Of a stretch of DNA of 64,000 nt, positions 1 to 11,085 are shown one piece after another. The translations under genes and the position numbers were made by a program. Numbering within the stretch: position 1 is the first letter of the stretch; each line of letters opens with the position of its first letter. Under the pieces are notes generated by a model. The model was not told where the DNA came from. It worked only from the letters and a program-made list of their open reading frames with translations, and did no database searches. This DNA is from an uncultured Veillonellaceae bacterium (GTDB lineage: Bacteria; Bacillota; Negativicutes; JARBTT01): contig CAWDTA010000002.1 in the NCBI GenBank assembly GCA_963805085.1, positions 96,001 through 160,000 on the forward strand. The letters run 5' to 3'.

Positions 1-594
1 TCACGGCAAGACAACCAATTAAAAAGGCGAATTCATACCGCGCATTTTCCTGTAACCAAAACATTGGAAGAACTGAATATGTCTTGCTTCGAAAACATAA
101 AACCGATATTTGTTCAGCAGTTGGCATCCTGTGACTTTATTAAAAAACGAAGAAATATCATAATGATTGGACCGCCTGGAACCGGTAAAACTCATCTGGC
201 AATCGGTCTGGGGATGAAAGCCTGTGCATGTGGTTTTCGCGTGATGTTTCGTAGCGCTGCGACTATCTCCACTGAACTTTGTGAAGCCAAAGATGCCTAC
301 AAACTATCTAAATTAGAAAAGACTATTGAAAAAACAGATTTACTCATACTTGATGAACTATCCTATCTAAGCTTTAACCGCCACCAATCTGATCTACTAT
401 TTAAGGTCGTTTCAGAGCGCTCTGAGCGAGCTAGTATCATAGTTACCACAAACCTAGAGTTTTCACGTTGGACGGAGATGTTCGAAAATGAAACAATGGT
501 AGCGGCCCTGGTTGACCGGCTTACATTTCGATCACATTTATTGGATATGAACGGTTCCTCGTACAGAGTAAATCATGCTATTGCTAACGATTAG
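1..594 (+). CDS. istB: IS21-family helper ATPase IstB (5' truncated by window edge)
   Basis: Frame open from base 1. Walker A GPPGTGKT, Walker B LLILDEL, TTN and LVDRL motifs typical of IstB. Confidence 0.93.
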   Translation, partial: SRQDNQLKRRIHTAHFPVTKTLEELNMSCFENIKPIFVQQLASCDFIKKRRNIIMIGPPGTGKTHLAIGLGMKACACGFRVMFRSAATISTELCEAKDAYKLSKLEKTIEKTDLLILDELSYLSFNRHQSDLLFKVVSERSERASIIVTTNLEFSRWTEMFENETMVAALVDRLTFRSHLLDMNGSSYRVNHAIAND

Positions 595-670
595 GTGGCT
601 CAAATATTCATGAGCACAAGTGGTTTAAAATTTCATGAGCGAGTGGCTCACTTTTTCATTGACGTTTATA
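1..670 (+). mobile_element. Right end of IS21-family insertion sequence
   Basis: istB followed by three ~21-bp related repeats (GTGGCTCA...CATGAGC-like) at 595-615, 620-640 and 643-663, as in multi-repeat IS21 ends. Exact terminus is approximate. Confidence 0.85.
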
Positions 671-1055
671 AGGAGGATATAAAATGGCAATATCAATAGT
701 GTAATGACACTTAGCGTACTGCTATACATAAACATCACAATCAGATATCCAACCGTAAAAACAGAATCCAAAATCACAGTAAGTGCAGTTCCTGTAATAA
801 ATTGGCGTATATTTTCTAGCTCCCTCACCCTGGAAACAACATCACCTACTTGCCATTTTCCAAAATATTTTATTGGCAGAGCTGTAATATGTTTAAATAA
901 CTTAGTACTTAAAAGTACGGGTTGTATGGGTAAAGAGATAACTACGCATAGCGGAAATAAGCAACTGAAATATCGCTACACCAGTCATACCTATGATCAA
1001 AATATCAAGTGTAGCTAGGCTACGATGTACAAGTACTTTATCAATGATCACCTGC
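671..1055 (-). pseudogene. Internal fragment of HlyB-like type I secretion ABC transporter
   Basis: Two frames (QVIIDKVLVHRSLATLD...YLFTHTT and LFKH...GDVVSRVRELENIRQF) join across a frameshift near 915. The fragment is cut by the IS21 end. Confidence 0.8.
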
Positions 1056-1207
1056 GAACGGACTAACCAATCCAAAGGTTTGAAGGATAAAGGAAAACAA
1101 CAAGACCTGCATCCAGAAGCGTCGGTACTGCCAAATAAATGGAACAAACCAGGATAATTTAAATTTTTCATCTTTTATTTTTATAAAATCACGCCGAGTA
1201 AAAAGGA

Positions 1208-1944
1208 TTAATTCCCCACTCCAAGCATTGATAAAACTAGCATATGGAAGAAAAAAAGGTTAATAGATAATAATTTCTTACTTGATAAATATACTATTCT
1301 TCCAATCAAAATATAAAAAATATATACTATCAAGTCTGCAATTCTCTTAAATACCGGATTTAAGGATGATAATAAGATAATAACTATTAACATACAAATC
1401 ATATACCAAGTTGCTTTCGTTGCATCTTGCTTTGTATAATTTAAAAATAATAACTTACCTCTATAAAAAGAGTCCAAGTTACCGACAAAACATCCGGCAT
1501 TCCAAGTGGTCTATTTATTAATAATACTGTATAAAAATAATTAGTAATATCATTCGTTAAATTTCCTAGTGGCATAGCCACCCTGCATAATTCACTAATT
1601 ACAACAGATACATATACCACGAAAAGCGCTAAAATTAGTGTTGGCACGATTCTAAAAAATCTCTTAACAAGAAATTCTCCTCATGTTTCATTAATAGAAA
1701 CATGTGTAATAACAAATCCACTTATCAAAAAGAAAATTAATACTCCTAGATGTCCTCCTCCCTGATATAATTGAAATGGTTTTACAATAAAGTTTTCCCA
1801 TCCAATTTGCAGCTGAGATATTACATGATTATCATATACCCACCATCCGCATAAATGTGCCCAAAGGACCAATAATGGAGCTATTGCACGTAAATAATGA
1901 ATTAATCCAAAAAACTCTTTTTCCACTTTAATATTCCTTCCCAT
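1208..1944 (-). pseudogene. Acyltransferase-3 (OafA-like) O-acyltransferase, disrupted
   Basis: Motifs LRAIA..V..AH, GVLIFFLISGFVI, KRFFRI and WTLFIEV. In-frame TGA at 1681-1683, frameshift near 1445, 3' truncation. Confidence 0.85.
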
Positions 1945-3304
1945 CCAATCTTACAATATCATCTTCCCCTACATAAGTACCATTCTGAACTTCAATAATT
2001 TCCAATATTATTTTCCCTGGATTTTCTAATTGATGTTTAGTAGTCTGCGGAATAAAAACGGACTCATTTTCATGCACCATAATAATCTTATCACCTATCG
2101 TTACCTTGGCCGTCCCAGCAATAACAATCCAATGCTCACTACGATGGTAATGCATTTGTAAGCTAAGCTTTCCATTTGGCTTTACACGTATTTTTTTCAT
2201 TTTATAACGGGGCCCTTCACCAAGCAATGACGTACTGCCCCACGAACGATAAATTGTCGTATGCTCAGATGCTTCCTTACGACCACGTTTCTTCAATTCG
2301 TCTACAATATTCTTTACCTTTTGAGATTCACCTTTTTTTGCAACAACGATAACATCATCTGTCTCTACCAGCAACAAATCATCTAAACCGATCCCTGCGA
2401 TCAATCGGTCTCGTCCCATAATCAAAGAATTACTACAATCGATCGCTATACAATCTCCCTGCATCGCATTTCCATCTTCATCTTTTACTAATATATCATA
2501 CATAGCATCCCATGAGCCTATATCATTCCAATAGCACTTTAATGGAATTACTACTGCTTTTTGGGATTTTTCCGCAATTGCGTAATCAATAGAAATATTA
2601 GGCATATCGTTGAAATTATTTAAAGTTTGTTCATAAGAATCTTCTAAACAAGTCATAATCTCCGGCTGATATTTTCTTAGTTCATCAAACATACATTGAA
2701 TTTTAAAAGCGAACATACCCGAATTCCAAAAATAATTTCCAGCCTGCAAGTACTGCTCTGCCACTACTAGCTCAGGCTTTTCTTTGAAAGAATTTACTTC
2801 ATATCCATTCTCAATAGCCTGCCCTGCTTCAATATATCCATATCCAGTTTCTGGTTTATTTGGTTTTATTCCAAAAGTAACCAGTTTGTTTTTTTCTGCC
2901 AGTTCATTACCAGTATACATACTTTTTATAAATAAATCTTTCGATTTAATTATATGATCTGCTGCCGCTACAATTAATACCTCATCTGTAGAACATCCTA
3001 ATTCATCAACACAATATTTAGCTGCCAAAGCAATCGCTGGTGCCGTATTTTTAGCAACTGGTTCTAAAACAATATGAGCTTCTTCTGCATCACATTCAGC
3101 TAAATCATTTTGTACATGGTACAAATAATCTTTATTTGTAATAATTACAATATCTCTCGCTTCAACAAATGATAAAAATCTCAAAACAGTTTGTGATAAT
3201 AATGATTTATCTCCTTCTAATTTCAAAAATTGTTTTGGAAAACACGTTCTAGATAAAGGAAATAATCGTGTTCCACCGCCCCCAGCCAATATAATTATCT
3301 TCAT
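1928..3304 (-). CDS. manC: Mannose-1-phosphate guanylyltransferase/mannose-6-phosphate isomerase
   Basis: ILAGGGGTRLFPLSR..PKQF, NTAPAI, FKEKP and a C-terminal cupin (LSLQMHYHRSEHW). Confidence 0.95.
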   Translation of the reverse strand: MKIIILAGGGGTRLFPLSRTCFPKQFLKLEGDKSLLSQTVLRFLSFVEARDIVIITNKDYLYHVQNDLAECDAEEAHIVLEPVAKNTAPAIALAAKYCVDELGCSTDEVLIVAAADHIIKSKDLFIKSMYTGNELAEKNKLVTFGIKPNKPETGYGYIEAGQAIENGYEVNSFKEKPELVVAEQYLQAGNYFWNSGMFAFKIQCMFDELRKYQPEIMTCLEDSYEQTLNNFNDMPNISIDYAIAEKSQKAVVIPLKCYWNDIGSWDAMYDILVKDEDGNAMQGDCIAIDCSNSLIMGRDRLIAGIGLDDLLLVETDDVIVVAKKGESQKVKNIVDELKKRGRKEASEHTTIYRSWGSTSLLGEGPRYKMKKIRVKPNGKLSLQMHYHRSEHWIVIAGTAKVTIGDKIIMVHENESVFIPQTTKHQLENPGKIILEIIEVQNGTYVGEDDIVRLDGKEY

Positions 3305-3354
3305 TACTAATCAAATTCCTTTCTGTAAAATAGAAAATATATGATCTTCATATC

Positions 3355-4434
3355 TTATTTTAATAGAATATTAAATAATTCTCGCCAATCTTTTGCATAA
3401 GGAGCCTCATATTTAAAATTCACAAAATCGAGATCAATTTTCCCCTTTTCTGCAACTTTTTTTAGTAATTTTGCAAGCTGCTTACTATCATCAGGATGAA
3501 AAAACTTTACATTATGATACCCAACCAAAGTTTCATGGGCAAATGGTAAATCTGAAGCAAAAATCGGCTTTCCTGTTACTGCAAATTCCGACATCGGCAT
3601 TCCCCATGTTTCTAACTTAGACGGAAAAATCAATGCATCAACTTTATTAAAATAATCAAATACAGCCTCACGAGTTTGAAAACCAACAAAAACTAAGCTC
3701 TTTAAATAATTATACTTTTTCACAATTTTTTTTGCATATGCATTTTCCGACCCATCGATTGTGACAAAAACTTTTATTCCAAGATCATCAATCTCTTTTA
3801 ATGCTTCACCAATTACCTCAATATTTTTAAAAATTCTTGGATATATTGGATAAATAAAAGAATTTGGCTCCTTCGTCTCTTTATGCTGAATAAAAACTTT
3901 ATCTATGTTAGGACGAGCAACCACTACATTTTGAATCCTATACATTTTCTTAAACGCATTACGCATCCATTGCTGTTGTACAATTACAGCATCGTTTTTC
4001 CGTATATTAATTGCATATAAGTATTTATAAAACCAGCTAAATAAAGTAAACTTTTTATCCAACAATAAATTTTCTTTTTTTATTTTGCAAAAAGGTGCTG
4101 GATTATGACAGTATACTGCCAATCTTTCACTTTTTACATTTGGTGTCATATCATGCAACGACAACCATAAAAAAGGTTTTATTTTTTTTGATAAAAAATA
4201 AAAATACACATACTCATAATAGCAACGAAAAAACCAACTTTTTTTAGAATTTGGAAATTCAAAAAATTCAAACCGGTCTCTTAACTCTTTTGATACTAAA
4301 TTTTTATCATGCACCAATACGATAACATCAAAGGCATGCGTAAGCTCTTGTAAAAAAGATAAACAGTCCCCTAAAATGGATAACGCACCACCCGATATTA
4401 TATTCACTGCCGATACAACAATCTTACGTTTCAT
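3355..4434 (-). CDS. Glycosyltransferase family 4 (WbbK-like)
   Basis: GGALSIL N-terminus, FPSKLETWGMPMSE motif. Confidence 0.85.
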   Translation of the reverse strand: MKRKIVVSAVNIISGGALSILGDCLSFLQELTHAFDVIVLVHDKNLVSKELRDRFEFFEFPNSKKSWFFRCYYEYVYFYFLSKKIKPFLWLSLHDMTPNVKSERLAVYCHNPAPFCKIKKENLLLDKKFTLFSWFYKYLYAINIRKNDAVIVQQQWMRNAFKKMYRIQNVVVARPNIDKVFIQHKETKEPNSFIYPIYPRIFKNIEVIGEALKEIDDLGIKVFVTIDGSENAYAKKIVKKYNYLKSLVFVGFQTREAVFDYFNKVDALIFPSKLETWGMPMSEFAVTGKPIFASDLPFAHETLVGYHNVKFFHPDDSKQLAKLLKKVAEKGKIDLDFVNFKYEAPYAKDWRELFNILLK

Positions 4435-4458
4435 CCTTTTTATTCACCCACAAACTTT

Positions 4459-5304
4459 TTATGTTCTCCCGCACCAGCGGCAATGCGCCATATTACAGCT
4501 ATGCGTTTCATATCCACGCAAAGCTTGCACCAATCTTCCGATATGCATAGCACTAACCAATCTTTTTAAACGCCGTTTTATCCATTGTTTATTTATTTTC
4601 TTTGCAACAAAATGATCTATATAAACTTTTTTAATTTGATGATTCTCCAATATTTTCTTATACTCATCAAAACATAGAAACACTTGCGAACTATGTCCAT
4701 TCAAATTATAAAAAGCAATAAATTCATCAATATAAGCAATCTTTCTTCCCATTAAAAAAGCTCTTAGAAAAAAATCATAATCAGCAGCAATTTTATATTG
4801 TACATCAAACTGTAACTGCTTCATCAAAGCAGATCGCACCAACATTCCCTGATGCGGACTCATCTCTCCGCTTAAAACTTCACACTCTATTAAAGGTTTA
4901 CCTAATACTGTTTGCAAACCACTTAAACCTTCATCAACACCCCATACTCTTCCACATAAAATGTCAACATTTATATTTTTTTCTAGATATAGCATTACTC
5001 TTTCAATGCTATTAAAATCAACAAGACAATCATCTGAACCTAAAAAGTAAATATACTCCCCAGTTGCGCTCATGATTCCCTTATTCATTGCATCATAAAT
5101 TCCTTCATCATGTTCACTCGCCCAGAAATTAATTGAAAGATCATATTTTTTTAAAATCTCTACCGTCCCATCACTTGACTTTCCATCAATGACAATAAGC
5201 TCTATATCTTTATACGTTTGATTTACAACGCTACAAATAGCTTGTTCAATTGTAGTTACACTGTTATAGCAAACAATAATAACAGAAACTTTCAAATCAT
5301 CCAC
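4459..5304 (-). CDS. Glycosyltransferase family 2 (WcaE-like)
   Basis: VSVII, IDGKSSDGT, GIYDAMNKG, AADYD motifs. Confidence 0.9.
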   Translation of the reverse strand: MDDLKVSVIIVCYNSVTTIEQAICSVVNQTYKDIELIVIDGKSSDGTVEILKKYDLSINFWASEHDEGIYDAMNKGIMSATGEYIYFLGSDDCLVDFNSIERVMLYLEKNINVDILCGRVWGVDEGLSGLQTVLGKPLIECEVLSGEMSPHQGMLVRSALMKQLQFDVQYKIAADYDFFLRAFLMGRKIAYIDEFIAFYNLNGHSSQVFLCFDEYKKILENHQIKKVYIDHFVAKKINKQWIKRRLKRLVSAMHIGRLVQALRGYETHSCNMAHCRWCGRT

Positions 5305-5381
5305 CTACCAAATCAACGAAAATACCCCTTATAAAATAAAACGCAAAGAAATATCCTAAGCCATTTCTTTACGATTTATTA

Positions 5382-6317
5382 TTAATTCTTTTGCTTATAC
5401 CAGCCATAAGTAAGATTAAGACCTTGCTCTAAATCCACGTTTGCTTTCCAACCTAACGTATTCAAAAATGAAACATCATTAATTTTAATTGGTGTTCCAT
5501 CTGGTTTAGAAGAATCAAAAACCAAATCACCTGTATAGCCCACTACTTTTTTTATTAATTCTGCCAATTCTTTAATTGTTATCCCAATCCCCGTCCCGAT
5601 ATTGACAATTTTTCCACCATCATACTCATTCATCAGGAATACACAAGCACTCGCCAATTCATCTACATAAAGAAATTCGCGCACTGGCGAACCGGTGCCC
5701 CATACAGTAACTGTAGGTTCATTATTTACCTTGGCCTCATGGAATTTTCGAATCAATGCTGGCAATACATGCGAAGATTGCAAATCGAAATTATCGTTAA
5801 TACCATACAAATTTGTTGGCATAACAGAAATATACTTTGTCCCATACTGTTTATTGTATGATTCACATATCTTAATACCAGCGATTTTTGCCAAGGCATA
5901 GGCTTCATTAGTAGGTTCCAAAGAACCTGTTAACAAACTATCTTCCTTAATCGGCTGAGTTGCCATACGTGGATAAATACAAGAACTACCTAAAAACAGC
6001 AGTTTTTTGACACCATTTAAATATGATTGATGAATGATATTAGTCTCGATCATCAGATTAGTATAGATAAATTCAGCAGGTCTAGCCGAATTAGCACCAA
6101 TTCCGCCGACTTTAGCCGCAGATAAAATAACATACTCCGGTTTTTCAATCGCAAAAAATTCTGCTACTGACTGCTGATTCTCTAAATCTAATTCTTGATG
6201 TGTACGCATTACTAGATTCGTATAACCTTGATTTTCTAGTTCTCTTACCATCGCTGAACCAACAAGACCTCTATGTCCAGCAACATAAATTTTAGAATTT
6301 TTATTCATTTTATTCAC
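5382..6317 (-). CDS. fcl: GDP-L-fucose synthase
   Basis: [30 protein letters not shown] and SHVLPALI motifs. Confidence 0.95.
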   Translation of the reverse strand: MNKMNKNSKIYVAGHRGLVGSAMVRELENQGYTNLVMRTHQELDLENQQSVAEFFAIEKPEYVILSAAKVGGIGANSARPAEFIYTNLMIETNIIHQSYLNGVKKLLFLGSSCIYPRMATQPIKEDSLLTGSLEPTNEAYALAKIAGIKICESYNKQYGTKYISVMPTNLYGINDNFDLQSSHVLPALIRKFHEAKVNNEPTVTVWGTGSPVREFLYVDELASACVFLMNEYDGGKIVNIGTGIGITIKELAELIKKVVGYTGDLVFDSSKPDGTPIKINDVSFLNTLGWKANVDLEQGLNLTYGWYKQKN

Positions 6318-6324
6318 CCACTAC

Positions 6325-7413
6325 CTATTCATTGTAATTGTGTACTTCAAAACCATGCTTTTCACATAATAAATCACGTTTTGCTGTTGCCAAATCTTCT
6401 TTTACCATCATAGAGCATAGCTCTTGCAATGTGGTTTTCGGCTTCCAGCCTAATTTTTTTTGAGCCTTCGTTGCATCCCCTAACAACAATTCTACCTCTG
6501 TTGGACGAAAATAACGTGGATCAACTTCAACTAAAACATTACCAGTTGCTTTATCAATACCTTTTTCTGCGATGCCTATACCCTGCCAAGAAATTTCTAT
6601 ACCAACTTCTTTAAACGCTAGCTCCACGAATTCTCTAACCTTATGCGTTTCACCAGTTGCAATAACAAAATCTTCAGCATGCTCTTGTTGTAATAACAGC
6701 CACATTGCTTCCACATAATCTTTCGCATAACCCCAGTCCCGTTTCGCACTTAAATTTCCTAGATAAAGCTTATTTTGCAATCCAAGATTAATTCTTGCAA
6801 CAGCTCTAGTAATTTTACGAGTAACAAAAGTTTCACCCCTACGTGGTGATTCGTGATTAAATAAAATACCATTACATGCATAAATGCCATAAGCCTCACG
6901 ATAATTTACTGTAATCCAATAACCATATAATTTCGCAACCGCATATGGGCTACGTGGATAAAACGGAGTAGTCTCTTTTTGTGGAGTTTCTTGTACTAAC
7001 CCATATAGTTCACTTGTAGAAGCTTGATAAAATTTAGTTTTCTTTTCTAATCCTAAAATACGAATAGCTTCAAGAATTCTTAAAGTACCTAATCCATCAG
7101 CATTAGCAGTATACTCTGGTGTCTCAAAAGAAACTTGAACATGACTTTGTGCAGCTAGATTATAAATTTCATCTGGTTGTACCTCTTGAATAATGCGAAT
7201 TAAATTAGCAGAATCAACCATATCCCCATAATGTAAAAAGAAACTTACATTATCCTCATGTTGATCCTTATATAAATGATCAATTCGATCCGTATTAAAT
7301 TGAGATGCACGTCTTTTAATTCCATGGACTTCATAACCTTTTTCCAAAAGAAATTCTGCAAGATATGCTCCATCCTGCCCTGTAATACCCGTAATCAATG
7401 CTTTTTTTTTCAT
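6325..7413 (-). CDS. gmd: GDP-mannose 4,6-dehydratase
   Basis: [28 protein letters not shown] and GILFNHES motifs. Confidence 0.97.
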   Translation of the reverse strand: MKKKALITGITGQDGAYLAEFLLEKGYEVHGIKRRASQFNTDRIDHLYKDQHEDNVSFFLHYGDMVDSANLIRIIQEVQPDEIYNLAAQSHVQVSFETPEYTANADGLGTLRILEAIRILGLEKKTKFYQASTSELYGLVQETPQKETTPFYPRSPYAVAKLYGYWITVNYREAYGIYACNGILFNHESPRRGETFVTRKITRAVARINLGLQNKLYLGNLSAKRDWGYAKDYVEAMWLLLQQEHAEDFVIATGETHKVREFVELAFKEVGIEISWQGIGIAEKGIDKATGNVLVEVDPRYFRPTEVELLLGDATKAQKKLGWKPKTTLQELCSMMVKEDLATAKRDLLCEKHGFEVHNYNE

Positions 7414-7601
7414 AATAATCCCCCTAAAATTTAAAATAACTTATAAAGGTACTTTTCTCAAATAACCTTAATATACTATTATACACAAATCAAATACAAG
7501 AACTACCACCTTTATTTAATTGGCAATGAAATCCCCCCATAATAAATAAAAGAATCCTCCCCAATATAATCACTAACATTTCATAATATATTGCAATATC
7601 A

Positions 7602-8678
7602 CTAAGGAACTAACAATTTAATCACAGGTACTTTTTTAAGAATACAAACAAAGAAAGAACTCAGCAAAGTAATTGCAACTGTTGTTACTGGAATGAATAC
7701 TGCAGGATTATAAGTGTAGCCATTCAACTTAAAACCCAAAATGCCTGAATCAAGTATTGCCATAACTAATAAATGCACAAGATATATACCAAAACTTAAC
7801 TTACTACTAAAATAATTTATGATATTAACAACCACTTTAAATTTATCAATTGATAGATTATTATTAATATAAATAACAACAATAATAAAACTAATAGTCA
7901 TAAAAACAATATTCATGGATAAATAACCGTAAAAAAACTCATCTAAAATTCCATTATTTGATACGGTCATATAATAAGTAGAAATCATAGTAAATAAAAC
8001 ATTACTGACAAACACCAACAGCGCTATTCTATAACATTCAATAGAAACTTTGTACAAACTATCGATATACATACAACGTAATTTATACCCAACAATTAAA
8101 TACCCTAAATAGCCACTACCAAATTCCAAATGAACACCTACTGGATACCCAAATTTAGATAAAAGCGGAAAAACGCAATAAAACCAAAACCAAATGCTAA
8201 TAAAATAATTAATATTTATTTTATTAGCATTACAAATGTAAATATTTATTATTGGTAATATTAAATATATCCCAATAATTGTATAAAGAAACCACAAGTG
8301 ATATGCATTTGATATTTTTCCATTCAAAATATTTTAAAATAAACCTAAAACATCCAAACTTTGATCATTCCAATAGACAAAATACAAACTATATATAATT
8401 GACCACCCAATTAAAGGTATCACTATTTTAATCACTCTTTTATATAAAAAAGCTTTTAAATTATTATAATCAGATTGCTTGCCTAACATTAATGCACCTG
8501 TTAACACAAAGAATAAAGGTACACAAATTCTTGAAATAGAATCATAAAAATTACTAAACCACCACCACTGTTCAGTAATCTCATTATATCTAAAAGCATT
8601 TATACATGCCACATGCTGTAGTATTACTAACATAAAAGCAATCGTTCTAATTAAATCTAAAACAAAAATTCTATTCAT
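7602..8678 (-). pseudogene. Acyltransferase-3 (WecH/YiaH-like) O-acetyltransferase with single in-frame stop
   Basis: The ORFs at 8334-8708 and 7602-8327 are in the same frame, separated only by TAA at 8334-8336. Motifs DLIR..A..LVI..H, CVPLFF, YHLWFLY and SFGIYLVH. Confidence 0.85.
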
Positions 8679-8824
8679 AAAATACCTACCTAATAAAATT
8701 AGTTGCACTATTTATACCGATTTGCAATATTTTTCGCCAAATCTTGAATTGACATTTTAGAACATTCCTACCCTCCATAGGCCCAAATAACAAGTAACAT
8801 TGCTACGAACCAAAAGGACATACA

Positions 8825-9919
8825 TTAAAAATTTGTTAAAAACCACCTTACTTTTTTTAACATTTCAATTGCTTTATTAGGCAAATTTCTTTTCATAAAA
8901 CGCTTAACTGAATATTTTAAATTAAGTTTTTTCCAATTTACGATTGTTTCAATTACTGTTTTTTCCCTAATGATTCTTATAATTATAGGTGCAGCAATAA
9001 AATTAAATATTTTTTCTTTATCCTCATGCCACTTTTCAATGCCATTTTGAATAGTCCTACGTGCATTATTTTGCACATTCATAACATCATTAAAATCAAT
9101 TTCAACAGGATCTTCTAATGAAAATAAATACCCATTTTCACCATGTTTGATATACTCATTCATTGTTGGTGCATCAATTGCTATTACAGCTTTCCCCATA
9201 GCCATAGCCTCTAAAAATGAAAAGCCAATTCCTTCTGTCAATCGAGGAGCGATATAAATATTATATTTATTCATTTCTGCAATATATTCATTTCTCGTTG
9301 TAAACCACGAACTATATGTTATATTAAATCGTTCCTCATCTACCTTACTTGGTACTAAAAATTTATGTTCCGGATCCATAGCTTTATGAATATGTACTTT
9401 ATTAATTTTTTGACTACCTATGAGATTTTTTATTATTTTCCAATTAAACTCCTCGCGCCGATTCCAAAAAAACAATGAATTTTCTTGTTTTATCACATCT
9501 TGTGGTTTTATATCAAATTTGTAATCCGGAAAATATTGAATATAAAAAGATTGAAATCCCATTTTGCATGTCTTCGCATGCAATGTTCTACTAAAATTAA
9601 CAATTTTAACATTTACGATATCTTGCCAAAATTGCAGTGGTGCTAATATACTTGCATCATACATAGGAATAAAAATAATATTTGTACATTTATCTCTGAT
9701 AGTATTTACTGCTTCCGGATAAATATTTTGCCAAAAAATCACTGCATAATAATTTTCATCAATCTGGCTTACATCTAATGTTTCTCCACTACACCAACTC
9801 ACATCCCATATAACTTCAACAATATATTTTTTCTTTAAAAAATTAATAAAAAACTCACTTGATTTTGTTTTTTGATGATAAGAATGATCTATAAACGCAA
9901 TTTTTTCCATAAACTTCAA
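8825..9919 (-). CDS. GT-B glycosyltransferase (GT4-like)
   Basis: C-terminal EGIGFSFLEAMAMG motif. Confidence 0.8.
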   Translation of the reverse strand: MKFMEKIAFIDHSYHQKTKSSEFFINFLKKKYIVEVIWDVSWCSGETLDVSQIDENYYAVIFWQNIYPEAVNTIRDKCTNIIFIPMYDASILAPLQFWQDIVNVKIVNFSRTLHAKTCKMGFQSFYIQYFPDYKFDIKPQDVIKQENSLFFWNRREEFNWKIIKNLIGSQKINKVHIHKAMDPEHKFLVPSKVDEERFNITYSSWFTTRNEYIAEMNKYNIYIAPRLTEGIGFSFLEAMAMGKAVIAIDAPTMNEYIKHGENGYLFSLEDPVEIDFNDVMNVQNNARRTIQNGIEKWHEDKEKIFNFIAAPIIIRIIREKTVIETIVNWKKLNLKYSVKRFMKRNLPNKAIEMLKKVRWFLTNF

Positions 9920-9933
9920 CCTTTTTATTTATA

Positions 9934-11046
9934 TTATAATCCAAGACGTTTTCTTTGATAATATTCTACAACACCATATGGCAGAATCATTTTTATCATT
10001 CTACGCCATGACATTCTTTTCTTAACCTCATTCGAAGATACAAAAACATCACGCTTATCAATAAAATTTTTTAATAACCATTGAATTAGATATTGTTTTT
10101 CTATTTTTGTATTCTGCAAATCAGGTATTAATTTACTAAGTATTTCACAAAACTGTTCCCGATTAAACTTATTTTTCCATCTTAATTCTACAAACGCTAA
10201 AGCGTCCTCCTTAGACAAGCCATAGTGATACTCTACTAGAATATTACACATATTGTCAATAGAAACAGCTTGTTGTATTGCTGAAGCTCCAACAATTTCA
10301 TAATAGTAAACAGGATTTTTCACTTCACATCCTATAAAATTATTATCAATTAATTTCAACTGCATTTTAAAATCAGCAGCAATTGTATATTTCTCATCAT
10401 AATAGCCAATTTTTTCATACGCTTCATGAGAAATAAACATCGTTCCATGGTTACATGGACTTAATTCAAAAAATGCCGATCCATCTATAAACTTAGAAAC
10501 ATGTGATCCAATAGGAGTACCATCCTCTTTAACTACTATAGCTTCTCCATAAGAAAAATCAGCTTTATATTCCAACAATGATTGAACAGATTCTTCAATC
10601 GTATTCTTGGAATACCAATCATCAGAATTTAAAATTGCTATAAAATCTCCAGTTGCTAAAGACAGTCCCTTATTCATTGCATTATAAATTCCAGTATCTT
10701 TTTCCGATACATAGTAGTCAATAGCATTTTCATATTTTTTTATAATATCAAGCGTGCCGTCGGTACTACCACCATCAACTACAATATATTCGACATTATT
10801 ATACTTTTGATTGAGGACTGACTGAATCGCTCTTTCAAGTTTAGACGCCCTATTAAAAACTACAGTAATCACACTCACTAACGGTTTTTCTTTGTTTCTT
10901 TCTTTAAATTTTCCTACTAGTCGTAATCCACCTTCTGCCTTTCGTAAATAGTCAGTAAGTGGATATCTTAAATATTTACCACAAACATGATTAACCGCAA
11001 CATTAGATTCATATAATACAATAGATTTCTGCGTGGAATACCCCAT
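9934..11046 (-). CDS. Glycosyltransferase family 2 (WcaE-like)
   Basis: VSVIT, VDGGSTDGT, GIYNAMNKG and LNSDD motifs. Confidence 0.9.
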   Translation of the reverse strand: MGYSTQKSIVLYESNVAVNHVCGKYLRYPLTDYLRKAEGGLRLVGKFKERNKEKPLVSVITVVFNRASKLERAIQSVLNQKYNNVEYIVVDGGSTDGTLDIIKKYENAIDYYVSEKDTGIYNAMNKGLSLATGDFIAILNSDDWYSKNTIEESVQSLLEYKADFSYGEAIVVKEDGTPIGSHVSKFIDGSAFFELSPCNHGTMFISHEAYEKIGYYDEKYTIAADFKMQLKLIDNNFIGCEVKNPVYYYEIVGASAIQQAVSIDNMCNILVEYHYGLSKEDALAFVELRWKNKFNREQFCEILSKLIPDLQNTKIEKQYLIQWLLKNFIDKRDVFVSSNEVKKRMSWRRMIKMILPYGVVEYYQRKRLGL

Positions 11047-11085
11047 ACAACAAACAATCCTTTCTTAATTTAGCTCAATATTCCA

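Noticed and set aside
1681-8336. Programmed stop-codon recoding (Sec/Pyl) in the two acyltransferases
   Set aside because: One stop is TAA, the TGA gene has further lesions, and no obvious SECIS-like hairpin follows it.
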